Assembly: GCA_963815195.1 (NCBI GenBank)
Contig: CAWFGE010000013.1
Coordinates: 1,149,031 to 1,213,030 of the forward strand
Source of the DNA: an uncultured Planctomycetaceae bacterium
GTDB lineage: Bacteria > Planctomycetota > Planctomycetia > Planctomycetales > Planctomycetaceae
Reading direction: 5' to 3'
Length of the DNA stretch: 64,000 nt
The notes beneath the pieces were generated by a model. That model saw only the letters and a program-made list of their open reading frames with translations. It searched no databases and had not been told where the DNA came from. A program made the translations under genes and the position numbers. Shown here in pieces: positions 11,801 to 23,686 of the stretch (positions are counted from its first letter, which is position 1; each line of letters starts with the position of its first letter).

Positions 11801-12107
11801 CGGCCTTGCCTTCGTTTCGATCCGAATCGCCGTTCCGCGCTTTCGGCTCCCCCAAAAAAATTGCCCATCCCTCGCGCGCAAAAGCGGTGCATTGCAGGTG
11901 CGGGCCACCGAGATCGCACCGCGGAAGAGGCGGGATTGGGATTCTCAAACCGGGCAGAATGGCCATAATGCGCCGGCTCGGAAAGGCGTCCCGCTCGTCT
12001 TTCCCCGCGAGATTCAGTGTTTTGACAAGCCGGCTCAAGGTTGCCACGTCCCTGAGCCAAGCCAAGGGCGTGGCGAGCCGCAACAACTCCTCACGGAAGG
12101 ACAAACC

Positions 12108-12809
12108 ATGCAACGACGAAAACTGGGAATGGGCGTGGTCTGGATGGTGTGCTTGTTGGGAATGGTCGCGGTGGTCTGGTCGCGTCCGCCGCTGGGCGGC
12201 TCGCGGGACAATTCGCATCCGCGGTTGGCCTTGTCCGCGGAAAAATCCGCTCCCGAACCCGAGCAGCCGCCCGCATCGGACGCGCCGTTGCCGCAGGAAG
12301 GCCGCGTCCCTCCGCTCCCGGAAGGGAACATCCCGGCAGTTTCTCAATCGGTTCGCGCGGAATCGCGGGCGCTGCCGACGGGCGAGTGGGTTCGCGAGTT
12401 TCCGCCCTGCAAAGTTTCCGTGACGGTCGAGGAAGGGCATCGCCTGCGCGCGGCGATTTCGGGCCAGATCGAAGAACTTCCGGCGGAATACCTCATCACG
12501 GCGGATTACCACATCACGCAGGACTCCATTCTGTATGGCGTCATCACCTCGGCCGAGATCCGCGTGGGCAGCGACAAGCCCGAGGACCAGATGCAAGTCG
12601 GCTGGATCGCGAGTTGGTTCTTCGATCAGCCGTTCGCCTTGCGTTACCGCTTGGATCAGGAGGCGCTGACCGTCAAGGATCTGAAAATCGGCCAGCTTCC
12701 GAATCATGCGGAACTCGCGGAGGCGTTGGCCAGGTTCGCCGTCGGCCGTTACCATCCCCCCAAACCCGCCCCGCCGAGGCCCGATCCGGTGAGATCCATT
12801 TATCGATGA
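12108..12809 (+). CDS. Hypothetical exported protein
   Basis: AAGGA RBS before MQRRKLG; hydrophobic N-terminus followed by a Pro-rich linker. Confidence 0.65.
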   Translation: MQRRKLGMGVVWMVCLLGMVAVVWSRPPLGGSRDNSHPRLALSAEKSAPEPEQPPASDAPLPQEGRVPPLPEGNIPAVSQSVRAESRALPTGEWVREFPPCKVSVTVEEGHRLRAAISGQIEELPAEYLITADYHITQDSILYGVITSAEIRVGSDKPEDQMQVGWIASWFFDQPFALRYRLDQEALTVKDLKIGQLPNHAELAEALARFAVGRYHPPKPAPPRPDPVRSIYR

Positions 12810-13003
12810 AAAGTTTTCAATCCGACTAGGAAGGCTACGCTTGGATCAAAGTGCCCCGCTACAAAGATGATCTCCACTTATCCTGGGAAGAGCGTTACCG
12901 GCGTTTGGAACAACATCCTATTGCGGAGACCACGTTCCTGATCGAGGAAATCCGCAAGTTGGCGAAGATGTTGGACGAGGCGCGATCCCGACAACAGGAA
13001 TAA
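12806..13003 (+). pseudogene. Small hypothetical protein (66 codons) with an in-frame TAG at codon 8
   Basis: ATG overlaps the upstream stop (ATGA); MKSFQSD*EGYAWIKVPRYKDDLHLSWEERYRRLEQH...; followed by a terminator. Confidence 0.5.
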
Positions 13004-13006
13004 CAA

Positions 13007-13040
13007 AATCCCCCGCAGGTTCGGCCGGCGGGGGATTTGT
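13007..13040. terminator. Probable bidirectional intrinsic terminator
   Basis: AATCCCCCGC...GCGGGGGATTT hairpin between convergent genes. Confidence 0.7.
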
Positions 13041-13086
13041 TCTTATCGGTCTGGCGTCGGCTTCGGTCAAATTCCGGATCGTGCCG

Positions 13087-14064
13087 TCAGAAGATGATTT
13101 CGATTTCCTGCTTCTCTTCCAGGAGTTTCGATTCGACGGTGATTGTATCTTTCACCAACTGGGCGGCTCCGGGGACGATCGTGGCTTGCAGGCGGGCCCG
13201 GTTGTTTTTCACCGGCACATAGCCAGCTTCCGTCGGGCCGCCGAAGTGTTGCTTATAGCCGTCGGTGCCGACGACGAACCCCGAAAGATCGCGGAGCGGG
13301 TAGCGTTTGGTGTTTTTGTCCAATTTGACTTCGATGATGATCGCATACCGCTCGCTGGGCTTGGGATCGTTGGGTTCGGTCCAGACGGTGAAGCTCCCTT
13401 TGGTGAAGACCCGCGAGGGCATCTCGAATTTGATCCCGCCCCCCTTCGTGTCCGTGGCGGTGGTGGCGGCGAGGTCGATTCCCAAATCGGGGGCGGACAG
13501 CGGGGCAGGATCCAGGAGCGGGTTGTTGATTTGCTCCTCGATGTCGGGAATCAGATCGACGTCCATATCCACTTCCTGAAACGCGGCCACATCGTTGGGA
13601 GACTCGGTGATCGTTGTGACCAGCTCCTCCTCCTGGGGGTTCGAAAACATCCACAGGGACAAGATCAGCAGCAGCACGATGTGCACCAGCACCGAAACCC
13701 CGTAACCGGCTCCGCCTTCGCCCGTGATCCATCGCTTGACCTTTTCTTGCCAGGCCAACTCTTCCCCGCCTTCTTCGTCTTCGTCGGCCACGATCGGCGC
13801 CCGGCGTTTCGCGGGCTTTTGAGCCGGCGGCTTCGACTTGGACTGGGGCCGGGACGGCGCGGGCGGCGGTGCGGTGCGGGATTTGTTGCTCGGGCCGCGA
13901 AACCACGCGGGCATGCTTTCTTCGGGGGACGGGGACGCCTCGGCCGGCGGAGGGGACTTGTCGATTTCGACGAAAAACGGCTCCTCCTCGGCCGCGGAGG
14001 ACAGCGAAGAAAAGTCCGGTTGGTTCGAGGCGTGTCCCATCGTGTGTTGGCTGTTCCTGGACAT
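13087..14064 (-). CDS. Hypothetical membrane-anchored protein
   Basis: Pro-rich N-terminus, one TM (SVLVHIVLLLILSLW), acidic linker, folded C-terminal domain. Confidence 0.7.
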   Translation of the reverse strand: MSRNSQHTMGHASNQPDFSSLSSAAEEEPFFVEIDKSPPPAEASPSPEESMPAWFRGPSNKSRTAPPPAPSRPQSKSKPPAQKPAKRRAPIVADEDEEGGEELAWQEKVKRWITGEGGAGYGVSVLVHIVLLLILSLWMFSNPQEEELVTTITESPNDVAAFQEVDMDVDLIPDIEEQINNPLLDPAPLSAPDLGIDLAATTATDTKGGGIKFEMPSRVFTKGSFTVWTEPNDPKPSERYAIIIEVKLDKNTKRYPLRDLSGFVVGTDGYKQHFGGPTEAGYVPVKNNRARLQATIVPGAAQLVKDTITVESKLLEEKQEIEIIF

Positions 14065-14237
14065 GTGAGTGGATTTTCCTTTTGTATCGAGGTGACGGAC
14101 CCGGAGAAACCGGCTCCGTGAATTTCACCCCAAAACAAGTCAGAATGACTCGCTACCCTCCCCTACCATCCTACACGTCCCACCCGCATTCGCCTACTGC
14201 TTTTAGAGAAAAATCCTCGGCCCGCAGGAAAACCGCT

Positions 14238-15962
14238 TCACAAGCCGACGCCAAGCACCGCCCTCGCGGGCGAGTCGGGACACGCAGGACGGGTCGCCGC
14301 CGGTTTTGGCTCGTCGAGCGGTTCCCACGGCGGGAGTTTCACGGATTGATCCAGGCGGTATCGGTGTTTCGTCGCTTCGGAGAGAATGTCCAACTCGACT
14401 TGCCAATCAAGCCCCCGGACGCCGAAGATTTCGTCCACCATGTCGCGGGCCCGCTCCCGGCGAAGTTCCGTGGGCAGCGTTGGCCAGATTTCCCCCGCGA
14501 TGCGTTTGCCCTCGGCGAGAAACGTTGGCTCGTCCCGCAATTCGATCATCACCGCCCGCCAGGCCCAAAGCGATTCGCCCAGGTTCTGGTAGTGCAAAAT
14601 CAAGTCCCGATTGGGAATCAGAGCAAGCTGCCAGGCCCGCCGGTCGCGGTCCAGGATCTGGTCCATAATCCCAAGTGCTTGATATTTATCACCTTGCGAC
14701 GAGAGTCTCTTCCAAATCGTGGCCGCCAGATTGGAGACGTCCGCCGCCTCGCCAATGGGAACACCGGATGGGGAATTGTGAGGCGGCTTGAACGTGCGAA
14801 GCAGCCGCATACACGACCGCCAGGCTCCCAGCGGCTCGTTTTGGGTCATTAAGAACATGAGGGACTGCCGCGGAGTGAGCAGGCGATCCCGCCAATAGTC
14901 GCGGTCGCCGGGGAATGTTTCGTCAAGCGTCTGCCACGCGGCTTTGCGGTCTTCCGGTCCCGGGAATCGGTCCCAGATTCGCCGGCTGAGGTTCTCGGCG
15001 TTTTGCAGGCCCCGATGGGCGTCCAATCCCCTGAGAAGTGTACGCCAGGACGGGCCGGGCTGCCCGGTTTCGAGTTCGGTTTCCGCCAGGGCATACCAGG
15101 GGTAAGTCAAAGTGGGTTCATGCTTTACAGCGGATTCGTAGTGGAGTTTTTTGGTGGCGGCGTCGGGACTCGTTTCCGCCAGCCACCAGTGATACCGGCC
15201 GTCGTCCCCGGGGTGCATGATGTGATGGAACGGGAACCACAATAAGCCGTGGGCCGCCACCAGCCCGATCGTCGCCATCGGCCTCGCGACGGGCGGCGCG
15301 GAGAGCACAAGCCCCCACACCAGGCCATAGAGCAGCCCGACGACGTGGGCGAGGTTGTCGACGCCCGTCGTCCAGCCGCCGACGGAAAGGGCCAAGAATC
15401 CAAGGCCGCAGACGGCTCCCAAAAGGATCCCGCCGTCGCTGAATTGGCGGTTGAGCGTCCGGTCGTCCCGGCGGAGCAAAAGCAGCGCGCCGAACGCGGC
15501 AAAAATCACGCCCGCCAGTCCGGTCATCGGATCCTCGCCGACGAACCAGTCGGAGAGCGCGGAAAACCGCCAGCGGGCGAGCGTGGTCGCCATCAGTGCC
15601 CCGACCACGAACAGCCCAAACGTCGCCGGATGCAGCCGAGGTTCCAACAAAACGCCCAGGTAGATCGTCGCCGGCACGATCAAGGCGATTTGCCACCAGC
15701 CCCCCTGATGCAGCCCGCCCATCGGAACCCGCCACCACTGGCCGGCCCACAAGTCAAACGGGCCGAACAAATCGGGATGCTCGGGGGAATGCTGCACTTC
15801 CAGCAGGCCCAGGTCGCGATACGCGTCGGCCGGCTTCCGGTGGGGTGTCGTTCGCCAATCCACCGCAATCTGCAGGCAGACGACGATTAGAACCAGGATC
15901 GACGTGATGGGAATCGTCGATCGAACCCAACGGAACAGGGAAAAGGCAAAGTCGCGGTTCAT
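14238..15962 (-). CDS. Rhomboid-family membrane protein with a helical C-terminal extension (catalytic Ser apparently replaced)
   Basis: GQWWR, GLAGVIFA at the GxSG position, DNLAHVVGLLYG. Confidence 0.7.
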   Translation of the reverse strand: MNRDFAFSLFRWVRSTIPITSILVLIVVCLQIAVDWRTTPHRKPADAYRDLGLLEVQHSPEHPDLFGPFDLWAGQWWRVPMGGLHQGGWWQIALIVPATIYLGVLLEPRLHPATFGLFVVGALMATTLARWRFSALSDWFVGEDPMTGLAGVIFAAFGALLLLRRDDRTLNRQFSDGGILLGAVCGLGFLALSVGGWTTGVDNLAHVVGLLYGLVWGLVLSAPPVARPMATIGLVAAHGLLWFPFHHIMHPGDDGRYHWWLAETSPDAATKKLHYESAVKHEPTLTYPWYALAETELETGQPGPSWRTLLRGLDAHRGLQNAENLSRRIWDRFPGPEDRKAAWQTLDETFPGDRDYWRDRLLTPRQSLMFLMTQNEPLGAWRSCMRLLRTFKPPHNSPSGVPIGEAADVSNLAATIWKRLSSQGDKYQALGIMDQILDRDRRAWQLALIPNRDLILHYQNLGESLWAWRAVMIELRDEPTFLAEGKRIAGEIWPTLPTELRRERARDMVDEIFGVRGLDWQVELDILSEATKHRYRLDQSVKLPPWEPLDEPKPAATRPACPDSPARAVLGVGL

Positions 15963-16255
15963 GAAGATCCGTCAAAAAGAGCACGCTATCGCATTTATGT
16001 TGGCAGTTTGAGCCGGCAATCGTCAACACCAACCGCAAAACCCGCGAATCCCGATACCTGATGCCCGCCTCCAAAAAGCACGGGCACCAGTTTTCCCCGA
16101 CTTTCCTGAGACACACACTCGCCGGCCCAGTTTGACTGATGGGAATTGTCCGCATATTCGTTCCAGAAGGGCCGGCATCGCTGGGGTTGGCTTGGGGGAA
16201 CCTCAGCCGCCGATACGAATTTCGTCGCTGCGTGTAATTTGGCAAAGGAACGGGG

Positions 16256-18178
16256 ATGTGCGGAATTCTCGGGTTGGTCGCCCCCGCGGGGCAAATTCTA
16301 GCGGTGCGGGATCCCGACGTCCTCGCGATGCGGGATGAAATGGCCGACCGCGGGCCCGACGATGCCGGCATCTTTCGGCGGGAGAACGTCGCCTTGGCCC
16401 ACCGCCGGTTGGCCATTCGAGACCTCGAAGCCGGCCGGCAGCCTTGGGTTTCCGCCGATGGAAACTCCGTCCTGGTTTACAACGGCGAATTGTATGGGGA
16501 CCAACTCCGCCGGGACCTCGAAAAACGCGGGCACGTGTTTCGCACCCGCTGCGACACCGAAACCCTCATGGCGGCCTACGAGGAATGGGGGACCGCCTGC
16601 CTGTCCCGGCTGCGCGGCATGTTCGCCTTTGGGATTTACGATTTCCCCAACCGCCGGCTGTTTCTCGCGCGGGACCGGTTTGGGATCAAGCCCCTGTTTT
16701 TGACAAACCTGGGCAACGTGCTGGCGTTTGCGAGTTCCGTGCCCGCGCTGCTCAGGCATCCCGACATCCCCAGGCGGCCGAATTGGCCCGCGATCAGCCA
16801 TTACCTGACGACGTTCCGCATCACGCTGGGGCGAGAAACGCTGTTTGCTGGGATTTGGCAGTTGCTGCCCGGCGAATGCCTGGTCTGGCAGGAGGGAACG
16901 CTCGAAATCCAAAAGTATTGGGACTACCCAGACGAGCGCGAGGACGTCGGTTTAGCGGAAGCCTCAGAGCGGCTCAAACGCGGCCTCGAAACCGCGGTCG
17001 AAGCCCGGCTCGTCAGCGATGTGCCCGTGGGGATGTTTTTGAGCGGGGGCGTCGATTCCAATACCATCGCCTGTCTCGTCCGCGGCGCCGCGGGACATCG
17101 CAGCATCCTGGGCGGCTGCGGCGGCGGGAACAATCCTGACAAATCGCCTGCGAATCCCCTCGACGATTTCACCGCGGCCCGGCGGTGTGCCCGGCACGTG
17201 CGGTTCGACTATCACGAAACCCGGCTCTCCGCCGGCGAGTATTTTGAGACCTGGCGCGAGATGGTGCATCGGCAATCGCTGCCTCTCGCCACGCCGACCG
17301 ATGTGATCCTGTATCGGCTGGCTCGAGACCTTAAACAATATGTCGGCGTCGTCTTCGGCGGCGAAGGGGCCGATGAGCTGCTTTGCGGATACGAGATCAC
17401 CCATTGGTCCGGGCACGATTTCGATGCCTCGGAGCAGTTGACCGGGCACGACCCGCTGCCGTCCCGCCGAAAGTTGATCGAAGCCAGCCTGCACCGGCAA
17501 TATGGCCGGGTGCGGTTTGCTTCGCTCGCCGATCATTATTTCGCCCTCAACAGCTTGATTCCCATCGCGGCAAAGCCTGCACTCTTTCGGCCGGAAATTT
17601 TCGCCGAGATCGACGGCGACGCCCCGCTTGTCGAACATTATGCCCGGCTGCTTGCGGAGCGTCCCGAGGAAAGCACCGCCGAGCGTTACCTGCGGCTGCT
17701 GCACCGGGTGAATCTGGAATCGCTGTTGTCTCGGCTCGATTCCGCGACGATGCTCGCCGGCCTCGAAGCCCGCGTGCCCTTTACCGATCATCTTCTGGTG
17801 GAGAGCCTGTTCCGCGTTCCGCTCGGGCAGAAAATCGATGTCGCCCCCCGCGAAACGCTGCCCTATCTCGCGTCGGGCGAGCTGTCTGAGCGGGGGAGTC
17901 TCAGGTCGAAACGTCCGCTGCGGCAACTGGCGTCCGAGATGATGCCCGCCGCGCTCGCCTTCCGGCCGAAAGCGAGTTTTCCCACGCCGGTGGCTGAGTG
18001 GATCGCCGGCCCCTGGCAAAACGCCATTCGCGTAAAGCTGGAGCGAAGCCCCTTCGGCCAGGCCATCTTTCAACAGCAAGCGCTCGGGGAACTCGCGGAG
18101 AACCTGCCCCAAACCGGCCTGTGGGCCTGGCCGGTCTTGAATCTGCTCGAATGGGGCGACCGCCAATTCGCCGCGTGA
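16256..18178 (+). CDS. asnB: Asparagine synthase (glutamine-hydrolyzing)
   Basis: MCGILG, RGPDD, YNGELY, RDRFGIKPL, LSGGVDS, GEGADEL, EARVPF. Confidence 0.92.
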   Translation: MCGILGLVAPAGQILAVRDPDVLAMRDEMADRGPDDAGIFRRENVALAHRRLAIRDLEAGRQPWVSADGNSVLVYNGELYGDQLRRDLEKRGHVFRTRCDTETLMAAYEEWGTACLSRLRGMFAFGIYDFPNRRLFLARDRFGIKPLFLTNLGNVLAFASSVPALLRHPDIPRRPNWPAISHYLTTFRITLGRETLFAGIWQLLPGECLVWQEGTLEIQKYWDYPDEREDVGLAEASERLKRGLETAVEARLVSDVPVGMFLSGGVDSNTIACLVRGAAGHRSILGGCGGGNNPDKSPANPLDDFTAARRCARHVRFDYHETRLSAGEYFETWREMVHRQSLPLATPTDVILYRLARDLKQYVGVVFGGEGADELLCGYEITHWSGHDFDASEQLTGHDPLPSRRKLIEASLHRQYGRVRFASLADHYFALNSLIPIAAKPALFRPEIFAEIDGDAPLVEHYARLLAERPEESTAERYLRLLHRVNLESLLSRLDSATMLAGLEARVPFTDHLLVESLFRVPLGQKIDVAPRETLPYLASGELSERGSLRSKRPLRQLASEMMPAALAFRPKASFPTPVAEWIAGPWQNAIRVKLERSPFGQAIFQQQALGELAENLPQTGLWAWPVLNLLEWGDRQFAA

Positions 18179-18280
18179 GAAAACCCGCGTGCGACCTCAG
18201 AATGTCATTTCTCCCGCTCCCGTGGTATTCTCGGCGCCTCCGTGCATTCCCCAGAATTCCCTGACAATTGTATTTGAGTT

Positions 18281-20415
18281 ATGACCTCGGCCGTCACGCT
18301 TTACGAATGCCGGCATTGCCGGACGCCTTTGCCGCCTTCGCGTCTCAATCGGCGGCCGGATGCGTGGAGTTCGCGTGAGGGCACGCCTTTCCCGCTCGGC
18401 GTGCGGTGGATTCCCGAAGAGCAGAGCTACAACTTCGCTTTGTATTCGAAACACGCCGAAGAAGTCGAGTTGTTGTTTTTCGCGGAGAACCGTCTCGAGG
18501 AGCCGGTTTACGTTTACCGTTTTGACATGCTCCGCAATAAGTCCGGACCGATCTGGCATTGCCGAATTCCCGTGGAGCGGGTCAACGAGGCCCGGTTCTA
18601 TGGCTATCACATCGATGGCCCGCTGGCGCGGGCCGGTTTCGAGATGCACACCTTCGATCGGGAAAAGTTGCTTCTGGATCCCTACGCCGGGACGGTGTTC
18701 TTCCCCGCGGATTTCGACCGCACCGCGGCCCAGAGGCGGGGATCCACTGTGGGGCGGGCCCCCTTCGCGCTTCTGGACGAATGCCATTGCCCGTTCGAGT
18801 GGGACAGCGACCGGCATCTCCGGCACGAAGGCGACCTGGTGGTTTATGAAATGCACGTCCGGGGCTTCACGAACAATCCCAACTCCGGCGTCCCCGCGGA
18901 GCGGCGGGGCACGTTTCTGGGCCTGATCGACAAGATTCCCCATCTCGTCGATCTCGGCGTGACCGCGGTGGAACTCATGCCGATCTTTCAGTTCGATCCG
19001 CAGGAAGAAAACTACTGGGGCTATATGCCCATGAGCTTTTTCGCGCCGCATCATGGCTATGCCGCGCAGCCGGGGGCCTGCGCCAGAAGAGCGAGTTTCG
19101 CGAAATGGTCAAGGCCCTGCACGCCGCGGGCATCGAGGTGATTCTCGACGTGGTCTATAACCACACCTGCGAAGGCAGCGAAGCCGGCCCGACGTATTCG
19201 TTCAAGGGGATCGACAACTCGACGTATTACATGATTATCCCCGGCACGCCGCCGAGCTATGCGAACTATAGCGGCTGCGGAAACACGCTGCACACGGCGA
19301 ACCGCGCCGTCCGTCAGCTCATCGTCGACAGCCTCAGGTATTGGGCAACCGAGATGCGCGTGGACGGGTTTCGCTTCGATCTGGCTTCCGTGTTCACGCG
19401 GAGTTCCGACGGCTCGATGAACCTCACCGATCCGCCCATCTTCGCTCAGATCGCCGGCGACCCGGCCCTCGCCGATGTGCGGCTGATCGCGGAACCCTGG
19501 GACGCCGGCGGCGGGTTTTTGTTGGGCAAGCGGTTTCCCGGTACGCAATGGTTCCAGTGGAACGCCCAGTATCGCGATACGCTCCAAAAGTTCGTGCGCG
19601 GCGATTCGGGGTTGGTGGGCGATTTGATGTCCCGGCTCTACGGCAGCAGCGATCTGTTTCCCGACGACCGCCTGAACGCTCTCAGGCCGTTTCAAAGCGT
19701 GAACTACGCCGCCTCGCACGATGGATTTACGCTTTACGATCTCGTGTCCTATAACCGAAAACACAACGAAGCCAACGGACATGACAACACCGACGGCGCC
19801 CACGAATATACTTGGAACTCTGGCACCGAGGGCGATTCCCAGCTCACGCCGGAAATCCTCCGTCTGCGAAAGCAGCAGGTCAAGAATTTCTTCTGCCTGC
19901 TGATGCTCTCCAACGGCACGCCGATGTTCCGCATGGGCGATGAGTTCCTGCAAACTCAAGGAGGCAACAACAACCCGTTCAAAATCGACGGCAAGACGAC
20001 CTGGCTGGACTGGAACCGGCTCGAAGACCACCGCGACGTGTACCGTTTCGTCAAGCACATGATCGCGTTCCGCAAGTCGCATCCTTCCATCTCCCGGCCG
20101 GAGTTTTGGCGGGAAGACATCGAGTGGCTCGGCCCCGACGGTCCGGTGGATTGGGGACCGAACTCCCGCAGCCTGGCGTATTGTCTCAATGGAAAACGCG
20201 AAAACGACCAGGATCTGTATGTAATGATCAACGGCGACGACGCGCCGCGGCGGTTCCGCATCCAAAAGCAAAACGTTCCCGGTTGGACGCTGGCCATCGA
20301 CACGGGGGCCCGGTCGCCGCACGATATTCTCGCGGAAGGCAATCCAGTCCTCGTGAGTGCGGAATCCCTCCAAGTCCAACCCCGCTCCATCGTGGTCCTG
20401 GTGTCGAAAACCTGA
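18281..20415 (+). CDS. glgX: Glycogen debranching enzyme/isoamylase (GH13), frameshifted near 19090
   Basis: YEMHVRGFT, NYWGY, DVVYNHT, DGFRFDLAS, IAEPWD, HDGFTLYD. Confidence 0.9.
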
Positions 20416-20593
20416 TGAACAGAATCCACAAAATCATGGGCACAGAATCATTGATACGTTGGCGGAACAACAAAACCGACTGCGGTGAATTTCTTTTAAG
20501 ATTTCTCGCCAGGGCCACGAGACGTGAGTTAAATACCCAAGTGATCTATGATTTCAAGCCATTGGGGCTTTGTGGACTGTCGGGGGAATCTGA

Positions 20594-22052
20594 ATGACTC
20601 CAGGGAATTTTGGGCAAAGCCGCTGCCGGTTTGGGATCGCCTGCGAGAAAATCACGCCGCCCGCGGGGATTTATCACCGCATGTGGGGAGCCGCGAAGCA
20701 CGACCGGGCGGCAGGGGTTCATCGCCCCTTGCGCCGACGGTGGTTGCGTTTTCGCCGCTTGCGGAAACGCGTCCGATGAAGGATGGTCAAATCCTTGTGG
20801 CGATCGATCATTGCATTCTGGCGCGAAAGAACTCGACATCATCCAAAAAGCCATCACATCCGCCGTCCCTGTTTCCGAAGAGCAGGTGGTCGTTGTCTGC
20901 TCGCATACGCACGCGGCGGGGTTGTTGAGCCTGGATCGCGTGAATCTTCCAGGCGGCGAACTGATCCCGGAATATCTCGATTCGCTCGCGGAGACAGTGA
21001 AAGGTCTCGTCCAAAAAGCCCTCGAAAGCCAGCAGCCGGCCACGATGATTTATGGCACCGGGCGGTGCAGCCTCGCGGCCAACCGCGACGCTTGGGATGA
21101 AGACAGCCGGCAATCTGTCTGCGGATACAACCCCGACGCACCGGCGGACGACACGCTCCTCGTCGCCCGCGTGGATGCGGACGACGATCGGGCGCTCGCC
21201 ACGATCGTCAATTACGCCTGCCATCCGACGACGCTGGCTTGGGACAACACTCTCATCAGTCCCGATTTTCCCGGCATCATGCGGGACGTCGTGGAACAGG
21301 CCACCGGAGCGCCCTGTGTGTTTTTGCAAGGGGCTTCGGGCGAACTCGGTCCGCGGGAAGGCTTTGTCGGCGACGTGGCCGTTGCGGAGAAAAACGGGCG
21401 TCAGTTGGGCTACGCGGCTCTCTCGGTCATCGCGAGCCTGCCCGCCTCGAAGAAGGTTTACCACGATGCGGGCCCCGTGGTGTCCGGAGCGACGATCGGA
21501 ACCTGGGCCTATCGGCCGATGCGCGAGGACGAGCTTCAAAATCTCGCTGACTGGTCGCGTTGGCGCGGGGCGATCGATTTGCCTTACCGGCCGGACTTGA
21601 TCCCCTTGGACGAGATTCCCCAACTCCTCGAGCAGTTCGAATCCCAGGAAGCCCAGGCGCGCGCTCGAGGAGATGAGGCGGCGGCGCTCAACGGCCGGGC
21701 GCTGGCGGAACGCCGCCGGCGGGAATATGCGAGGCGATTGGCGCTTCCTCAAGGAGGCACGTTTCCCTACCAAGCCGCGTTGTGGCGGATCGGAGACGCG
21801 GTGTGGGTTTGCGTTCAAGGAGAACCCTACAGCCTGTTGCAGACGAAACTGCGGGAGCGTTTTCCCGGTCGGCCGTTGATCGTCGCGTCGATCGGATTCT
21901 CTTGGGGCGTCGCCTATTTGCCGCCGGCGGACAAATATGGTCTCGGACTCTATCAAGAAAACATCGCCGTCGTGGCCCAGGGATCACTGGAAACGGCCAT
22001 CGACGTGTTAGGCGGTCGGATCGAGGAATTGCTCCGCGGGCCGGCGTCATGA
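20594..22052 (+). CDS. Neutral/alkaline ceramidase-like protein, two frameshifts near 20730 and 20825
   Basis: [44 protein letters not shown]. Confidence 0.7.
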
Positions 22053-22089
22053 ACTCGAAATCTGAATCTCAGTCGTTCCAAAAAACGTC

Positions 22090-22161
22090 AGAGCCGCGCA
22101 CGAAGTAAGCGGTATTGCGATCTGTAAATCTCGAAAAACCGCTTACTTCGTGCGCGGCTCT
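22090..22161. repeat. Intergenic palindrome, same family as 33253-33324
   Basis: GAGCCGCGCACGAAGTAAGCGGT ... ACCGCTTACTTCGTGCGCGGCTC. Confidence 0.85.
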
Positions 22162-22314
22162 TGGGGAACCGATCCTTTTTCCGGGACTTTTGAAACTACT
22201 GAATCTCGAAGCACTGAGAATGGAGATTGGATGTGTTTGACGCATTTTGATTTTGAGCTTTCGGATCGAAAAGCGCGCACGGTTATTACCTTTCCAAAAG
22301 GGTCACTCCCTCCC

Positions 22315-23491
22315 ATGAAAATCGCCGCGATTGAAACGCTCGTGTGTCATGCCCGGATGCGAAACTGGATATTCGTCAAAGTTGTGACCGATGAGCCAGG
22401 GCTTTTCGGTTGGGGCGAAGCCACGCTGGAATGGCACACGCGGAGCGTGGTCGGGGCGATCGAGGATCTTGCGGAACTGATCGCAGGCGAAGATCCCCGG
22501 AGGGTCGAATATCTCTGGCAGATGATGTATCGCCAGCACTTTTGGCACGGGCACGGGATCGTGCGGGCGACGGCGATGGCGGGAATCGATCTGGCACTTT
22601 GGGACATCCTGGGGAAAGTTGCGGGGCTGCCCTGCGCAGCTTTGGGGCGGACCGGTCCGCGATTCGATTCGGACGTATTGCCATTTGGGCGGCGGCAAGC
22701 TCGAAGATTTTTACGAGACCGCGGCCGACGACGCCCGGCGGTTTGCGGAGCTCGCCCGGCAAGCGGTGGAGCAGGGCTACACGGCGTTCAAGAGCATGGC
22801 GGTGCCGCCGACGATGCCCATCGAAGGCTTGAAGCCGCTCCGCACCGCCGAACAAGCCGTCGCCGCGATGCGCGATGCCGTGGGCGAGGAAATCGACATC
22901 ATGGTGGACTGCCACGCCCGCCCGTCGCCGGCGATGGGGCTGCAATTTGCCCGGGCTTTGGAGCCTTATGGGTTGTATTTCCTGGAAGAGCCCTGCTGGC
23001 CGGAAGAAGTCGGAGGGCTGGCGATGATTAACTCCTCGGTGGCCACGCCGATCGCCACGGGCGAACGCATCACCCATGCGGCGGGTTTTCGCGAGCTGTT
23101 CGATCGGCGGGCCTGCGAGATTTGTCAGGCCGACATCACGCACTGCGGCGGATTGACGGAAGCCCGCCGCATCGCCGCTTTGGCCGAAACCTACCGGATC
23201 GCCCTGGCCCCCCACAATCCGCAAGGCCCGGTGAGCACGGCGGCTTCACTGGAATTCGGCTTTTCGCAGCCGAGCTACATCATTTGCGAAACCGTGCACG
23301 AAGATGTGCCCTGGCGTGAGGACGTGGTCGAAGAAGGTTTTCGGATCGATCCCCAAGGCCGAACCGTGCAGCCGAACACACGCCCCGGACTGGGAATTTC
23401 CATTAACGAAGCGGAGGTCAAAAAGCACCCCTTCGAGCAGGAAATCCCCCAGCGGGTGTTCTATTCCGATGGGAGCGTGGGGGACTGGTAA
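22315..23491 (+). CDS. dgoD: Galactonate dehydratase (mandelate racemase/enolase superfamily), frameshifted near 22640
   Basis: [50 protein letters not shown]-terminus. Confidence 0.85.
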
Positions 23492-23686
23492 GTTCTCTGG
23501 GTGAAGAATTATTCACGCCAGGGCTTGCAATTCTCCTCCTGTTACGCGACTATAAACCTGTTCTTAACGGAATGTTCACTCTCCTTTCATTTTCCCGTCC
23601 GAACATCATCATTCCTATCTCTTTCGTCTTCTTTTCGCCCATGGTTTATGGGTTTTTCACTTCTCTTTTTTGTAAAGGGTGTATTG

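Noticed and set aside
12827..12829. Pyrrolysine or stop-codon recoding
   Set aside because: Single instance, no pyl genes in the window, and TAG ends other genes normally (e.g. hom, CocE, P450).
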